A DNA stretch of 51,030 bases from a virus (IMGVR_UViG_3300020042_001510:1-51030); one strand, 5' to 3'. Shown: positions 1 to 8,926, counted from the first letter of the stretch. A program made the numbers and translations. Notes: generated by a model not told the origin, from the letters alone.

Positions 1-115
1 ATGAGAAGGAACGCAACACCACGAGGGTGCGTGTATTGAAGAACAGGTTTGCTGGCCTGACAGGACAAGCTTGCTCTCTTGTGTACAGCAAGTACACAGG
101 GCGCATGATTGAAAC
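1..115 (+). repeat. Exact direct repeat of 4751-4865 (3' end of primase-helicase gene)
   Basis: 1-115 is identical base by base to 4751-4865 (ATGAGAAGGAACGC...GATTGAAAC); the copies diverge at 116/4866. Confidence 0.97.
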
Positions 116-149
116 CGAAGAGACAACCGAAGAGACAACCGAAGAGATA
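114..149 (+). repeat. Tandem repeat, 3 x 12 bp (ACCGAAGAGACA), encoding TEET
   Basis: Units at 114-125, 126-137 and 138-149 (last with one substitution). Confidence 0.9.
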
Positions 150-295
150 ACATTCTCCGAAGAAGATAAAATGTTGAATAACTTAGAAGTAATTCAGCAA
201 TTATGCTACGAGAAGGGTTACAAAATCGCTAGCGAGTTAATTCTGCAAGCAATGGCAAAGATTAACGAGAAGGTATGAAGGGAGAATCGGAGGGC

Positions 296-323
296 TTGAC
301 AAACCCTCCGAAGCCCCTACAAT
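296..323 (+). promoter_or_regulatory. Sigma70-type promoter with -35 inside an inverted repeat
   Basis: TTGACA 296-301, 16 nt spacer, TACAAT 318-323; TCGGAGGG 287-294 / CCCTCCGA 304-311 flank the -35. Confidence 0.7.
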
Positions 324-407
324 GGACACCAGAGCACATAGAAAAGCAAAAAAGCTTTTCCCTGCGCTTTGCAGGTAACTTGTAAGTAACTTTCTAAGGA
401 GTTTTTT

Positions 408-653
408 ATGTTTGATTCGATTAAAGCTTTTTTTGTCGCAAAGCAATTTGTTGCCAACCATGGCAATAGGTTTTTGACAGTGTATGTCGGTGACAAACGC
501 TACAATGGGCAGATTGTCAGCCGAGGTTTTTTCAAGGTGTCTGTCAAGCTGGCGCATGGTGGTAAGATTGTCAAGGTTAGCCCTAGTAATGTGGTGCGTG
601 TACACCGAGACAAAAAGCGTTTATCAGTACAGAAGCAAGCAATTGCAATCTGA
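408..653 (+). CDS. Hypothetical basic protein
   Basis: 81 aa ORF with strong SD (AAGGAG) downstream of the 296-323 promoter. Confidence 0.7.
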   Translation: MFDSIKAFFVAKQFVANHGNRFLTVYVGDKRYNGQIVSRGFFKVSVKLAHGGKIVKVSPSNVVRVHRDKKRLSVQKQAIAI

Positions 654-717
654 TAGGAAACTTCATAAGCCCATGGTTGTGGGCTTATGTGGCAATCCTG
701 CCAGCAAGGAGCATCAA

Positions 718-804
718 ATGACAGATAGACAATTCACAGTTACATGCACCATTTTATTGGTGCTGGTTTGGACAATGCTTATTTTGGAGAGTATCTATGC
801 TTAG
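718..804 (+). CDS. Small membrane peptide (28 aa)
   Basis: AAGGAG SD at 706-711, ATG 718; MTDRQFTVTCTILLVLVWTMLILESIYA has one hydrophobic helix. Confidence 0.55.
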   Translation: MTDRQFTVTCTILLVLVWTMLILESIYA

Positions 805-1429
805 TCGCACATCAAAGCTAGGCTGTTTTAGTTGGAGCTTGCAAGCCCTTGAGACTTGTCAAGGGTCTATTGGCAAAGATGGGCAGCTTGTCGAGGTTTG
901 TCAAGGTTGTTACGCCACGCAGGGGTTTTATCACATGCCTGATGCCATAAAGTTGCGTAAAAACAACAAGGAAGATTGGCAATCTGAGGATTGGGTGGAG
1001 CGTATGGTTGCTGCCCTTGTAAAGCAGAAGAAATTTCGATGGTTTGACAGTGGAGATATTTATTCTGTTGACTTGGCGTGGAAAATCTATGATGTTTGTA
1101 GACAGACACCCCATGTCAAGCATTGGTTACCCACACGTATGCACAAGTTTGACAAGTATGCCAATGTTTTAGGTGCGCTTGATTGTTTGCCCAATGTTGT
1201 TGTGCGCCTCAGTGCCGACAATGTGGAAGAGCAGATAGCAGGAGCTACCACATCAATGGTCATCAAGACACACGAGCATAGAAGGGGTGTACACGTATGC
1301 CCTAGTAGTTTGCAAGAGGGCAAGTGCAAGGACTGCACCGCCTGTTGGAACAAGGGTGTTAAGGTTGTTGCTTACGTGTCACATTCACGTAAGATGGCTA
1401 AGGTTTTTCAAATCAAGGAGATGAGATGA
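797..1429 (+). CDS. GP88-like Cys-rich phage protein
   Basis: TSKLGCFSWSL, CQGCYA, FRWFDSGD, HWLPTR and C-terminal CP..CxxCxxCW match the phage Gp88 family pattern. Confidence 0.75.
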   Translation: MLSRTSKLGCFSWSLQALETCQGSIGKDGQLVEVCQGCYATQGFYHMPDAIKLRKNNKEDWQSEDWVERMVAALVKQKKFRWFDSGDIYSVDLAWKIYDVCRQTPHVKHWLPTRMHKFDKYANVLGALDCLPNVVVRLSADNVEEQIAGATTSMVIKTHEHRRGVHVCPSSLQEGKCKDCTACWNKGVKVVAYVSHSRKMAKVFQIKEMR

Positions 1430-1617
1430 AACTATATAATTGTGATGGTTATTGGAAAGACACAAAAGAGCAATTCATAAATATGATAGTGTGTGATGTT
1501 GAGTGGGATGGTTTTGAAGATGCAAAGGATGCAGCCATCTTTTATTACAGTGAGGGGGAGCCAATAGTTGGTGACCATTTTGATTTTGTAATCACAAGTT
1601 CAGAGGAGATGAGATGA
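1426..1617 (+). CDS. Hypothetical acidic protein
   Basis: 63 aa, AAGGAG SD, ATGA coupling to the upstream gene. Confidence 0.7.
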   Translation: MKLYNCDGYWKDTKEQFINMIVCDVEWDGFEDAKDAAIFYYSEGEPIVGDHFDFVITSSEEMR

Positions 1618-1892
1618 GCAAGTATGCACAGACAAATGCGTTAAAGAAGGGGACACGTGTTGTCCTGCGTAATGGCTGGCAAGCTGTGCTTGAAGATAAC
1701 AAGCGTGGCTATACCCGTTTGGCTACTGTGTATGGTACATATACAGAGATGGGCAGCATCTATGCCCACGATATTGCAGGCTATCAGCAAAACATTTATG
1801 ATGAAGAAGATAATCCTGTTGGCACATATTGGATACAACTTCCCTTCATTGGGGATAACTTTCTAGAAATTTTGACAAGGAGGGCAGCATGA
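1614..1892 (+). CDS. Hypothetical protein (SH3-like early phage protein)
   Basis: 92 aa, GGAG SD, ATGA coupling; LKKGTRVVLRNGW...EMGSIYAHDI pattern. Confidence 0.75.
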   Translation: MSKYAQTNALKKGTRVVLRNGWQAVLEDNKRGYTRLATVYGTYTEMGSIYAHDIAGYQQNIYDEEDNPVGTYWIQLPFIGDNFLEILTRRAA

Positions 1893-2272
1893 AAGTATTT
1901 GTATATTTCAATTTGCACAAGCGTGTCTTCTCTGTGAAGGCATTGGAGGGCAAGGACAAGGGCAGGGTTATAGGGCACAGAACGTCCTTGGCACTAGACA
2001 GCCCCACCTTCAAGGTTTCAGAGGCTGGAAGGCAGCGTGTGGTGCGTGAGAAGCGCAAGAACGTACATGCAGGGGTTGTCGGTTTCCTGACATCCTCTTA
2101 TGACTTGACTAGAGAGGCTGTATCATGGACTTCTGTTACCTACAATCCATACTTGTTCTCTTCGTTTGTCACATGTAAGGATAAGCAGCCAGTGCATGAG
2201 GCTAGGTTTGCTTGGCTTGATGTTGTTAATGGTGTTCCACACTTGGTAGCTGGCAATGAAAAACCATGTTGA
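1889..2272 (+). CDS. Conserved hypothetical phage protein
   Basis: VYFNLHK..FSVK...GRVIGH...GRQRVVREKRKNVHAGVVG motif, recognisable as a widespread phage family. Confidence 0.85.
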   Translation: MKVFVYFNLHKRVFSVKALEGKDKGRVIGHRTSLALDSPTFKVSEAGRQRVVREKRKNVHAGVVGFLTSSYDLTREAVSWTSVTYNPYLFSSFVTCKDKQPVHEARFAWLDVVNGVPHLVAGNEKPC

Positions 2273-2357
2273 TGGTATGGGCATCTTCTTGGTGTATGTA
2301 ATTGGGTTTATAATTGGTTTGATTGTGATTAGATTCTTTAAACAAAGGGGAAAGTAA
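2256..2357 (+). CDS. Small membrane protein (33 aa)
   Basis: MKNHVDGMGIFLVYVIGFIIGLIVIRFFKQRGK; fills the gap, TAATG-coupled to next gene. Confidence 0.55.
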   Translation: MKNHVDGMGIFLVYVIGFIIGLIVIRFFKQRGK

Positions 2358-2800
2358 TGGGATTAGATATGTATTTGACAGCAAAGCGTTACATCTATGA
2401 CTTCGGTGATGATGGCTTGGCTTTACGTGATGCCTTGAAAGAGTTACAGGTTAATGAAATGCGTGTGAAAGAAGTTTCATATGAGGCTGGCTACTGGCGC
2501 AAAGCTAACCACATTCACAAGTGGTTTGTTGATAACGTGCAGGGTGGTGACGACAACTGTCGTGAGTACCTTGTCTCACACGAGCAGCTTGAGCGTCTGC
2601 TCGACCTCGTTAATGAAGTGTTGCGTAATAAAGACAAAGCAAAAGACTTGTTGCCTACAAGCAACGGATTCTTCTTTGGTAGTGACTTATATGATGAGGG
2701 TTATTTCGATGACCTCATCCATACGAAAGCCATCATAGAGAATGTGTTTGCTATTCCAGACTACAATCGTTATGATATATACTACTGCTCTTCGTGGTAA
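2357..2800 (+). CDS. Conserved hypothetical phage protein
   Basis: MGLDMYL...YWRKANHIHKWFV...LPT..GFFFGS...YYCSSW family pattern. Confidence 0.85.
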   Translation: MGLDMYLTAKRYIYDFGDDGLALRDALKELQVNEMRVKEVSYEAGYWRKANHIHKWFVDNVQGGDDNCREYLVSHEQLERLLDLVNEVLRNKDKAKDLLPTSNGFFFGSDLYDEGYFDDLIHTKAIIENVFAIPDYNRYDIYYCSSW

Positions 2801-2820
2801 CTAGCCAGTTACCTAAGCCC

Positions 2821-2849
2821 TTGACAGCTTCTTGTATGTCTTGTACAAT
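2821..2849 (+). promoter_or_regulatory. Sigma70-type promoter for the replication operon
   Basis: TTGACA 2821-2826, 17 nt spacer, TACAAT 2844-2849, intergenic. Confidence 0.8.
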
Positions 2850-2895
2850 AAAGACATATAAGAAAGCTTCTAGTTAATAATATTAAGGAAAACAT

Positions 2896-3087
2896 ATGAG
2901 ATGTTATTGTTGTAATGCTAGTTTGTCTGACTTTGAAGCTACTCGTAAGAGTGCACAGACAGGTGACTTTTTAGATATTTGTAATGATTGTTTCTCCTAT
3001 GTCAAAGATGACATAGATGTAGTAGAGAGACAAGACTTACAACATGCTTCTGATGATGAGGAGATTGAAGATGATGACGAACAATGA
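2896..3087 (+). CDS. Small zinc-finger protein
   Basis: CxxC (CYCC)...CNDC, acidic tail; AAGGA SD. Confidence 0.8.
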   Translation: MRCYCCNASLSDFEATRKSAQTGDFLDICNDCFSYVKDDIDVVERQDLQHASDDEEIEDDDEQ

Positions 3088-3271
3088 ACAGCTTGAGAGA
3101 CTGCTTCTCTTCACGATTGCTGATTGTGTTGAGATAACAAAGATAATTGGTTATGTTAATTTCATGGAAGTTTTCCACACAGCCCTCTTAGTAAAGAAAA
3201 ACTCTGTGCCTTTATCTCAAGAAGAACTACAGGAAAGCCAAAAGGAATTATGGAATGATTGGAAACACTAA
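3071..3271 (+). CDS. Hypothetical protein
   Basis: ORF between Zn-finger and primase genes, TAATG-coupled to primase; start uncertain. Confidence 0.6.
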   Translation: MMTNNEQLERLLLFTIADCVEITKIIGYVNFMEVFHTALLVKKNSVPLSQEELQESQKELWNDWKH

Positions 3272-4884
3272 TGGCATTTGTTAAAACACACCAGCCATGT
3301 ACATACTGTGACAGTAGTGATGGCATGGCTGTGAATGATGATGGTTCAACTTATTGCTTTGTTTGTAACACGCACACAAAGCCAACAAAAGAAGAAGGAT
3401 ATATGCAGACAACGACAGCCACAGCAAAGCCTGTGGAAGGGGCTATAGCTGCCCTTAGAACAGCCTTCCAGACCTTGGCTACACCAGCCATTGGAAGCAG
3501 ACGCATAAGCAGGACAACAGTTGAGAAGTATGGCATTGTGTCTGATGCTACCCACGTGTGGTTTCCCTACTATGACAATGATGGAAAGCTCTTTGCAACA
3601 AAGAAGCGTAGCATCAAGGAGAAGAAGTTTGTTGTCGAAGGGGATTGGAAAGCCACCTGTTTGTTTGGACAGCAGTTGTTCACCAAGGGTGGTAAGTATC
3701 TAACCATTGTCGAGGGTGAGTACGATGCCCTTGCTGTGTTCCAAATGCTTGGCTCCAAGTGGCCTGTCGTGTCTGTGCGTAATGGTGCAGGCAGTGCAGC
3801 CAAGGATGCCAAGGAACATTACGAGTGGATTAACAGCTTTGAGAACATTGTTGTTTGCTTTGACAATGACGAGCAGGGACATCAGGGTGCAGCACAGCTA
3901 TGCTCTGTCCTTGGCTCCAAGGTTAAGGTGATGAAGGGGGTTGATGGCTTGAAGGATGGGTGCGATTGGCTCCTCGCTGGTAAAGAGAAGGAGTTCATTG
4001 ACCGCTGGTGGTCTGCTGAGAAGCACATCCCTGATGGTATTGTTGCTGGCTCCACGTTGTGGGAACAGGTGTCCAAGCCTTTGGAGAAGGCAGAGGTGTC
4101 CTACCCCTTCGAGGGTTTGAACAAGCTCACCTATGGCATACGTAAGGGCGAGCTTGTAACTGTCACTGCTGGTAGTGGATTAGGTAAGAGCCAGTTCTTG
4201 CGCGAGCTTATATGGCACATCCTCTGTAAGACACAGGACAACATTGGCCTGATGTTCTTGGAAGAGAGTGTGCGTAAGACAGGCACATCCATCATGTCAT
4301 TGGCTGCAAACAAGCCCTTGCATTTGCCTGACTGTGATGCTACAATGGAAGAGAAGAGGGCAGCTTTCGATGTCACCCTTGGCACAGACAGACTGTACAT
4401 GTTTGACCACTTCGGTAGCACAGACATTGAGAACATTGTGAAGAGGACAGAAGAGTTTGCCAATGCCTTTGGGTGTGGCTATGTGTTCCTAGACCACGTG
4501 TCCATTGTTGTAAGTTCACAACAGAATGGTGACGAGCGTAAGGCTTTGGATACAATCATGACAGAGCTTCGCACATTGGTTCAACGCACAGGTATCAGCC
4601 TAGTCCTTGTGAGCCACCTAAAGCGTCCTGATGGGGGCAAGGGGCACGAGGAGGGGGTAGCCACCACCTTGGCTCAGCTACGTGGCTCAGGCTCCATTGC
4701 TCAGCTATCAGACATGGTGCTTGGCCTTGAGCGCAATGGACAGGCAGAGGATGAGAAGGAACGCAACACCACGAGGGTGCGTGTATTGAAGAACAGGTTT
4801 GCTGGCCTGACAGGACAAGCTTGCTCTCTTGTGTACAGCAAGTACACAGGGCGCATGATTGAAACAGAAGATGAGAAGCTGTGA
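3271..4884 (+). CDS. T7 gp4-like DNA primase-helicase
   Basis: N-terminal Zn-binding CxxC..CxxC, TOPRIM (IVEGEYDA, CFDND), DnaB-type Walker A GSGLGKS, FLDH, VSHL, LRGSGSIAQLSD, KNRF; start reassigned to ATG 3271. Confidence 0.97.
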   Translation: MAFVKTHQPCTYCDSSDGMAVNDDGSTYCFVCNTHTKPTKEEGYMQTTTATAKPVEGAIAALRTAFQTLATPAIGSRRISRTTVEKYGIVSDATHVWFPYYDNDGKLFATKKRSIKEKKFVVEGDWKATCLFGQQLFTKGGKYLTIVEGEYDALAVFQMLGSKWPVVSVRNGAGSAAKDAKEHYEWINSFENIVVCFDNDEQGHQGAAQLCSVLGSKVKVMKGVDGLKDGCDWLLAGKEKEFIDRWWSAEKHIPDGIVAGSTLWEQVSKPLEKAEVSYPFEGLNKLTYGIRKGELVTVTAGSGLGKSQFLRELIWHILCKTQDNIGLMFLEESVRKTGTSIMSLAANKPLHLPDCDATMEEKRAAFDVTLGTDRLYMFDHFGSTDIENIVKRTEEFANAFGCGYVFLDHVSIVVSSQQNGDERKALDTIMTELRTLVQRTGISLVLVSHLKRPDGGKGHEEGVATTLAQLRGSGSIAQLSDMVLGLERNGQAEDEKERNTTRVRVLKNRFAGLTGQACSLVYSKYTGRMIETEDEKL

Positions 4885-5162
4885 GAAAACGACAAACAAG
4901 GAAACGTATGGATACTTTATTGCTTGCTGCTAGTGACTTCCCCATGTTGGCTGTTAATGAGGAGTTTCATGAGACATTCCCTAATGCAGATGATGTGACA
5001 ATTGAATATGAGTGGGAAGATGATGAGCCACAGGTTGGCTATATTGGTGGCTTCTCATGGGATGCTTATGTTGATGGTGTTGAAATTACAAACATGCTGT
5101 CCATCAAAGACATCAAGTTTGTTGAGGCAACACTCAAATCATATACTGAGGAGTATTGCTAA
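4881..5162 (+). CDS. Hypothetical acidic protein
   Basis: 93 aa, GTGA overlap with helicase stop. Confidence 0.65.
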   Translation: MRKRQTRKRMDTLLLAASDFPMLAVNEEFHETFPNADDVTIEYEWEDDEPQVGYIGGFSWDAYVDGVEITNMLSIKDIKFVEATLKSYTEEYC

Positions 5163-5314
5163 TGGCTAGTTGGTTAATTGCAGTTATCGGTGTGGTCTAT
5201 TTGGTGGTAGCGATAGACCTAATGCTCAAGGGTAACCTTGGTATGGGCGTGGCCTTCATTGGCTACAGCTTAGGCAATGTTGGTTTGTATATAGCTACTA
5301 AGGTCCAAGCATGA
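5162..5314 (+). CDS. Small two-helix membrane protein (50 aa)
   Basis: MASWLIAVIGVVYLVVAIDLMLKGNLGMGVAFIGYSLGNVGLYIATKVQA; GGAG SD; coupled at both ends. Confidence 0.75.
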   Translation: MASWLIAVIGVVYLVVAIDLMLKGNLGMGVAFIGYSLGNVGLYIATKVQA

Positions 5315-5559
5315 AAGAGCATTATTGTTCTGTTGAAAAAACAAATATTTTCTATCAAGACAAATGCAACTGGTGCAACGAAAGCGAGACAAGCATGAAG
5401 CTCTATGAAGTACCAAGGAACACACGTATAGTTCTTGAAGGTGGAACAGAACTTATGTTTGACCACATTGACGGGATGTATAGTGTATGTTATACTGATA
5501 GTGGAAGCATCGTACACTTAGCAGCTTGGACAGAAGTCACAATTAAGGAAGACAAATGA
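5311..5559 (+). CDS. Hypothetical protein
   Basis: 82 aa; Cys-containing N-terminus plus KLYEVP...FDHIDGMYSVC motif. Confidence 0.7.
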   Translation: MKEHYCSVEKTNIFYQDKCNWCNESETSMKLYEVPRNTRIVLEGGTELMFDHIDGMYSVCYTDSGSIVHLAAWTEVTIKEDK

Positions 5560-5822
5560 CATTAACAATTGAAGGTACATTAGCACAACGTCAAGACACC
5601 TATGGTGACTACAAGGATGTTGCATACATGGCACAAGAACTGAAGAAGATATTACGTACACGTGGTAACTGGCACGACATGTCGCCACCCATGCAAGAAA
5701 GCATGGACATGATTTGCAACAAGATGGCTCGCATCCTTAATGGTAACCCCTACTATGCAGACAGTTGGCATGACATTGCAGGGTATGCTACACTGATGGT
5801 TAAGGAATTGGGATATGAATAA
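5556..5822 (+). CDS. DUF6378-like helical protein (nucleotide-metabolism associated)
   Basis: LAQRQDTYGD...KMARIL.G.P...DSWHDIAGYA. Confidence 0.75.
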   Translation: MTLTIEGTLAQRQDTYGDYKDVAYMAQELKKILRTRGNWHDMSPPMQESMDMICNKMARILNGNPYYADSWHDIAGYATLMVKELGYE

Positions 5823-5831
5823 GGAAACCAA

Positions 5832-7535
5832 ATGCGGAGGCTCTTTCTAGACACAGAAACAAACAGCACACACGATAAGATATGGTGCTGCTATACGTAT
5901 GATGAGAATGGATATGTATGTCACACAGAAGCAAGTACGCTGATTCCCTTAATCGAAAGCTCAGACAAAGTGATAGGGCACAACTTGATAGGTTTCGATG
6001 CGGGGGTCTTGAAGAGATGTTGGGGGGTGAAGATACCAGCAAAGAAAGCGATAGATACATTGATACTATCAAGGCTATTCAATCCCAATATCGAAGGAGG
6101 CCACAGTTTGGCAGCATGGGGGGACAGGACAGGACAAAATAAAACTGACTATGCCCAAGCCTATGTGGACAAGACTGGGCGGTCTGCCGACCTCCGATGG
6201 GACAACCCTGACCTTGAGCTTCTGTTTGAATATTGTAAGGACGATGTTGCTGCTCTCGTTGCAACATACGAGATGGTTAACAAGATGCTTGAGAAGGAAC
6301 AGTTCTCTGAACAATGTATCAAGCTTGAGCATGACGTTGCAATTATTATTCAAAGGCAGAAGGAACATGGTTTTAAACTGGACATTAAGAAAGCTCAGGG
6401 CTTGTTGGCTAAGCTTCAGAGTAAGATGGTGGACATTGAAAACACCATGCAAGATGTCTTCCCTCCCTACGTTGAAACAGGAAGAAAGAACAAGAGGACA
6501 GGCGCACCACTAAAAGACATCATCACCCCTTTCAATCCCGGAAGCAGACAGCAGATTGCTGATCGTCTTGAGAAGCTTGGTGTTAAGTTCACCAAGAAGA
6601 CAGAGAAGGGTGCAGTGATTGTTGATGAGACAGTGCTTGCCGCTATTCCAATTCCAGCAGCTAGGATTCTTTCTGAATACCTCATGCTGCAAAAGCGTGT
6701 GGCTCAGATTGGTAGCTGGCTTGAGGAGGTGAGAGACACAGGTAGGGTGCATGGTAGCGTGATGACCAATGGTGCTGTCACTGGTAGGATGACACACAGC
6801 AGCCCCAACATGGCACAGGTTCCCAACAAGGGGAGCCCCTATGGTGAGGACTGTCGTGAGTTGTGGACTGTGGATGAGGGCAATGTTCTTGTTGGTGCTG
6901 ATGCCAGTGGCCTTGAGCTACGAATGCTGGCTCACTACATGAAGGACGATGCCTATATCAAAACTGTTTGTGAAGGGAACTCGAAAGATGGCACTGACGT
7001 ACACACCCAAAACCAAAAGGCAGCGGGTCTTGCAACAAGGGATGAAGCGAAGACCTTCATTTACGCCTTTCTCTATGGTGCAGGGTCGGCGAAGATTGGT
7101 AAGATTGTCGGTGGTAATGCTAACGATGGACAGAAGCTCATCGAAAGCTTTCTTTCCAACACTCCCGCACTCAAGAGTTTACGCAATAACGTATCCAAGT
7201 ATGCAGGCAAGGGCTTTGTACCGGGGCTGGATGGTAGGAAGATTTGGGTACGTTCCGAACACTCAGCAGTTAATAGCCTATTGCAAGGCGCAGGCGCAAT
7301 TGTGATGAAGCAGGCTCTCGTCTTGTTAGATGAGAAGCTTAGGAAGAAGAAAGTTTGGTATGGCTTTTGTGCAAATGTCCATGATGAATGGCAGATTGAA
7401 ACAAAAGAAAAAGATGGCGAGCTTGTGGGGAAACTAGCAGTACAGAGCATACAAGAGGCAGGAGCTTTGCTAGGCTTACGTTGCCCTGTATCTGGTGAGT
7501 TCAACATAGGCAAGACATGGCGTGACACACATTGA
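5832..7535 (+). CDS. polA: DNA polymerase family A (T7 gp5-like)
   Basis: Exo motifs FLDTE, HNLIGFD, YCKDD; GAVTGR; motif A DASGLELR; motif B KTFIYAFLYG (T7-type Tyr); motif C VHDE. Confidence 0.97.
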   Translation: MRRLFLDTETNSTHDKIWCCYTYDENGYVCHTEASTLIPLIESSDKVIGHNLIGFDAGVLKRCWGVKIPAKKAIDTLILSRLFNPNIEGGHSLAAWGDRTGQNKTDYAQAYVDKTGRSADLRWDNPDLELLFEYCKDDVAALVATYEMVNKMLEKEQFSEQCIKLEHDVAIIIQRQKEHGFKLDIKKAQGLLAKLQSKMVDIENTMQDVFPPYVETGRKNKRTGAPLKDIITPFNPGSRQQIADRLEKLGVKFTKKTEKGAVIVDETVLAAIPIPAARILSEYLMLQKRVAQIGSWLEEVRDTGRVHGSVMTNGAVTGRMTHSSPNMAQVPNKGSPYGEDCRELWTVDEGNVLVGADASGLELRMLAHYMKDDAYIKTVCEGNSKDGTDVHTQNQKAAGLATRDEAKTFIYAFLYGAGSAKIGKIVGGNANDGQKLIESFLSNTPALKSLRNNVSKYAGKGFVPGLDGRKIWVRSEHSAVNSLLQGAGAIVMKQALVLLDEKLRKKKVWYGFCANVHDEWQIETKEKDGELVGKLAVQSIQEAGALLGLRCPVSGEFNIGKTWRDTH

Positions 7536-7550
7536 AAAATGTGGTATAAT
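7522..7550 (+). promoter_or_regulatory. Sigma70 promoter with extended -10 upstream of SSB
   Basis: GTGACA 7522-7527, 17 nt spacer, TGG-TATAAT 7542-7550. Confidence 0.7.
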
Positions 7551-7575
7551 ATTGTTTTTAGACAAAGGAAAAAAG

Positions 7576-8016
7576 ATGAACCAAGTTAAAGTAGTGGGTA
7601 AATTGTTTTGGGCTAAGCACATGGAAGTTCCTAATCGGGAGTTCAATGCAGATAACAACCGCTTTGAGATTTGCATTGGTGGCCTGAGTGATTCCATTGC
7701 ACAGCGTCTTACATCAGAACTTGGTGTTAAGATTAAAGAGAAAGCAGATGACAAGTATGGACGAGGTAAGTACATTATCGTCAAGAGCAACTATGCTATC
7801 AAGGCTATTGATGATAACAATGGTCGTGTCTCTCCTGACCTGATTGGCAATGGTACTATTGCAGAAGCAACCATCAGCAGCTACACCCACAAGATGTCAG
7901 CAGCCCATGGCAATGCACCTTCTCTGCTGCACAGCAAGGACAACCCTGCTCTGCGTATCAAAGAGCTAGTGTCTGCCCCTGTTGAGCAAGAAGAAGAAGC
8001 AGAAGTAGTTCTGTAA
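7576..8016 (+). CDS. ssDNA-binding protein (T7 gp2.5-like)
   Basis: GKLFWA, IGNGT motifs, acidic C-terminus EQEEEAEVVL, position between pol and exo; AAGGA SD before ATG 7576. Confidence 0.75.
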   Translation: MNQVKVVGKLFWAKHMEVPNREFNADNNRFEICIGGLSDSIAQRLTSELGVKIKEKADDKYGRGKYIIVKSNYAIKAIDDNNGRVSPDLIGNGTIAEATISSYTHKMSAAHGNAPSLLHSKDNPALRIKELVSAPVEQEEEAEVVL

Positions 8017-8711
8017 TGATTGCTCTTGTGGATGGTGATGTGATGTGCTATCGCATTGCCTTCTCTTGTAAGGATGACTCAGAAAGCCAAGCCATTACAA
8101 CGATGGCTAACTTTCTTGAGGACATCCTTATGACACAGCTAGGTCTTGAATCTTGGGAGGTCTTCTTAACAGGAAAGACCAACTTCAGAAAAGAAGTAGC
8201 TGTAACTGCCCCTTACAAAGGGAACAGAACTCAAGAGAAGCCAGCACATTTAGAGATGCTACGTAACTACCTAGTTACCGCATGGAATGCACAGATGAGC
8301 ATTGATGAAGAAGCTGATGACCTGATAGCAATCAGAGCAACAGAGCTTCAAGATGATTGCATCATGGTGTCAGTGGATAAAGACTTCAATCAGGTGGCAG
8401 GATGGCATTACAATTTTGTGAAGCAAGACAAGTACTATGTCTCAGAAGAACAAGGACTCCGCTTCTTTTACAAACAGATGTTGATGGGCGACAGAGCAGA
8501 CAACATTGTGGGTATCAAGGGGATAGGGGATGTGAAAGCAACCAAGATGCTTGCCAAAGCCAAGACCGAAAGCGAGATGCTTGCAGTTTGCTTGGAGGCA
8601 CTGGGCGAAGAGCGAGTTAAAGAGAATGGACTTCTATTATGGCTAAGGCGATTCCCCGAACAGATGTGGTTCCCTCCAGTTTCTGGCTTGGAGGCTGCGA
8701 ATGGAAAGTAG
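8016..8711 (+). CDS. 5'-3' exonuclease (T7 gp6-like, FEN family)
   Basis: LVDGD, NFRK..YKGNR, EADD, DKD, GDRADNIVGIKGIG. Confidence 0.95.
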   Translation: MIALVDGDVMCYRIAFSCKDDSESQAITTMANFLEDILMTQLGLESWEVFLTGKTNFRKEVAVTAPYKGNRTQEKPAHLEMLRNYLVTAWNAQMSIDEEADDLIAIRATELQDDCIMVSVDKDFNQVAGWHYNFVKQDKYYVSEEQGLRFFYKQMLMGDRADNIVGIKGIGDVKATKMLAKAKTESEMLAVCLEALGEERVKENGLLLWLRRFPEQMWFPPVSGLEAANGK

Positions 8712-8926
8712 TTTATGTTGATGAGTTCCAAGACTTCGGTACATGTGACCCCGGCAAGTATGAAATACATATACGTGCCAACATGAACGAGCAAGCAACA
8801 CGAGCTACATTCTTTCACGAGCTTGTCCATGCAATTAAGTTTACGATGGGAGACATAAGTCACGATGAGAAAGAAGTCGAAGGTTTTGGAAACCTCCTCT
8901 GTCAGTGGTACAGAACTAAAGTATAA
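8639..8926 (+). CDS. Small HExxH zinc metallopeptidase-like protein
   Basis: TFFHELVHAI...HDEKEVE; overlaps both neighbours. Confidence 0.7.
   Translation: MAKAIPRTDVVPSSFWLGGCEWKVVYVDEFQDFGTCDPGKYEIHIRANMNEQATRATFFHELVHAIKFTMGDISHDEKEVEGFGNLLCQWYRTKV

Noticed and set aside
114-149. Short tandem repeat as a possible CRISPR or iteron array
   Set aside because: Only three contiguous 12-bp units, no spacers, in-frame coding
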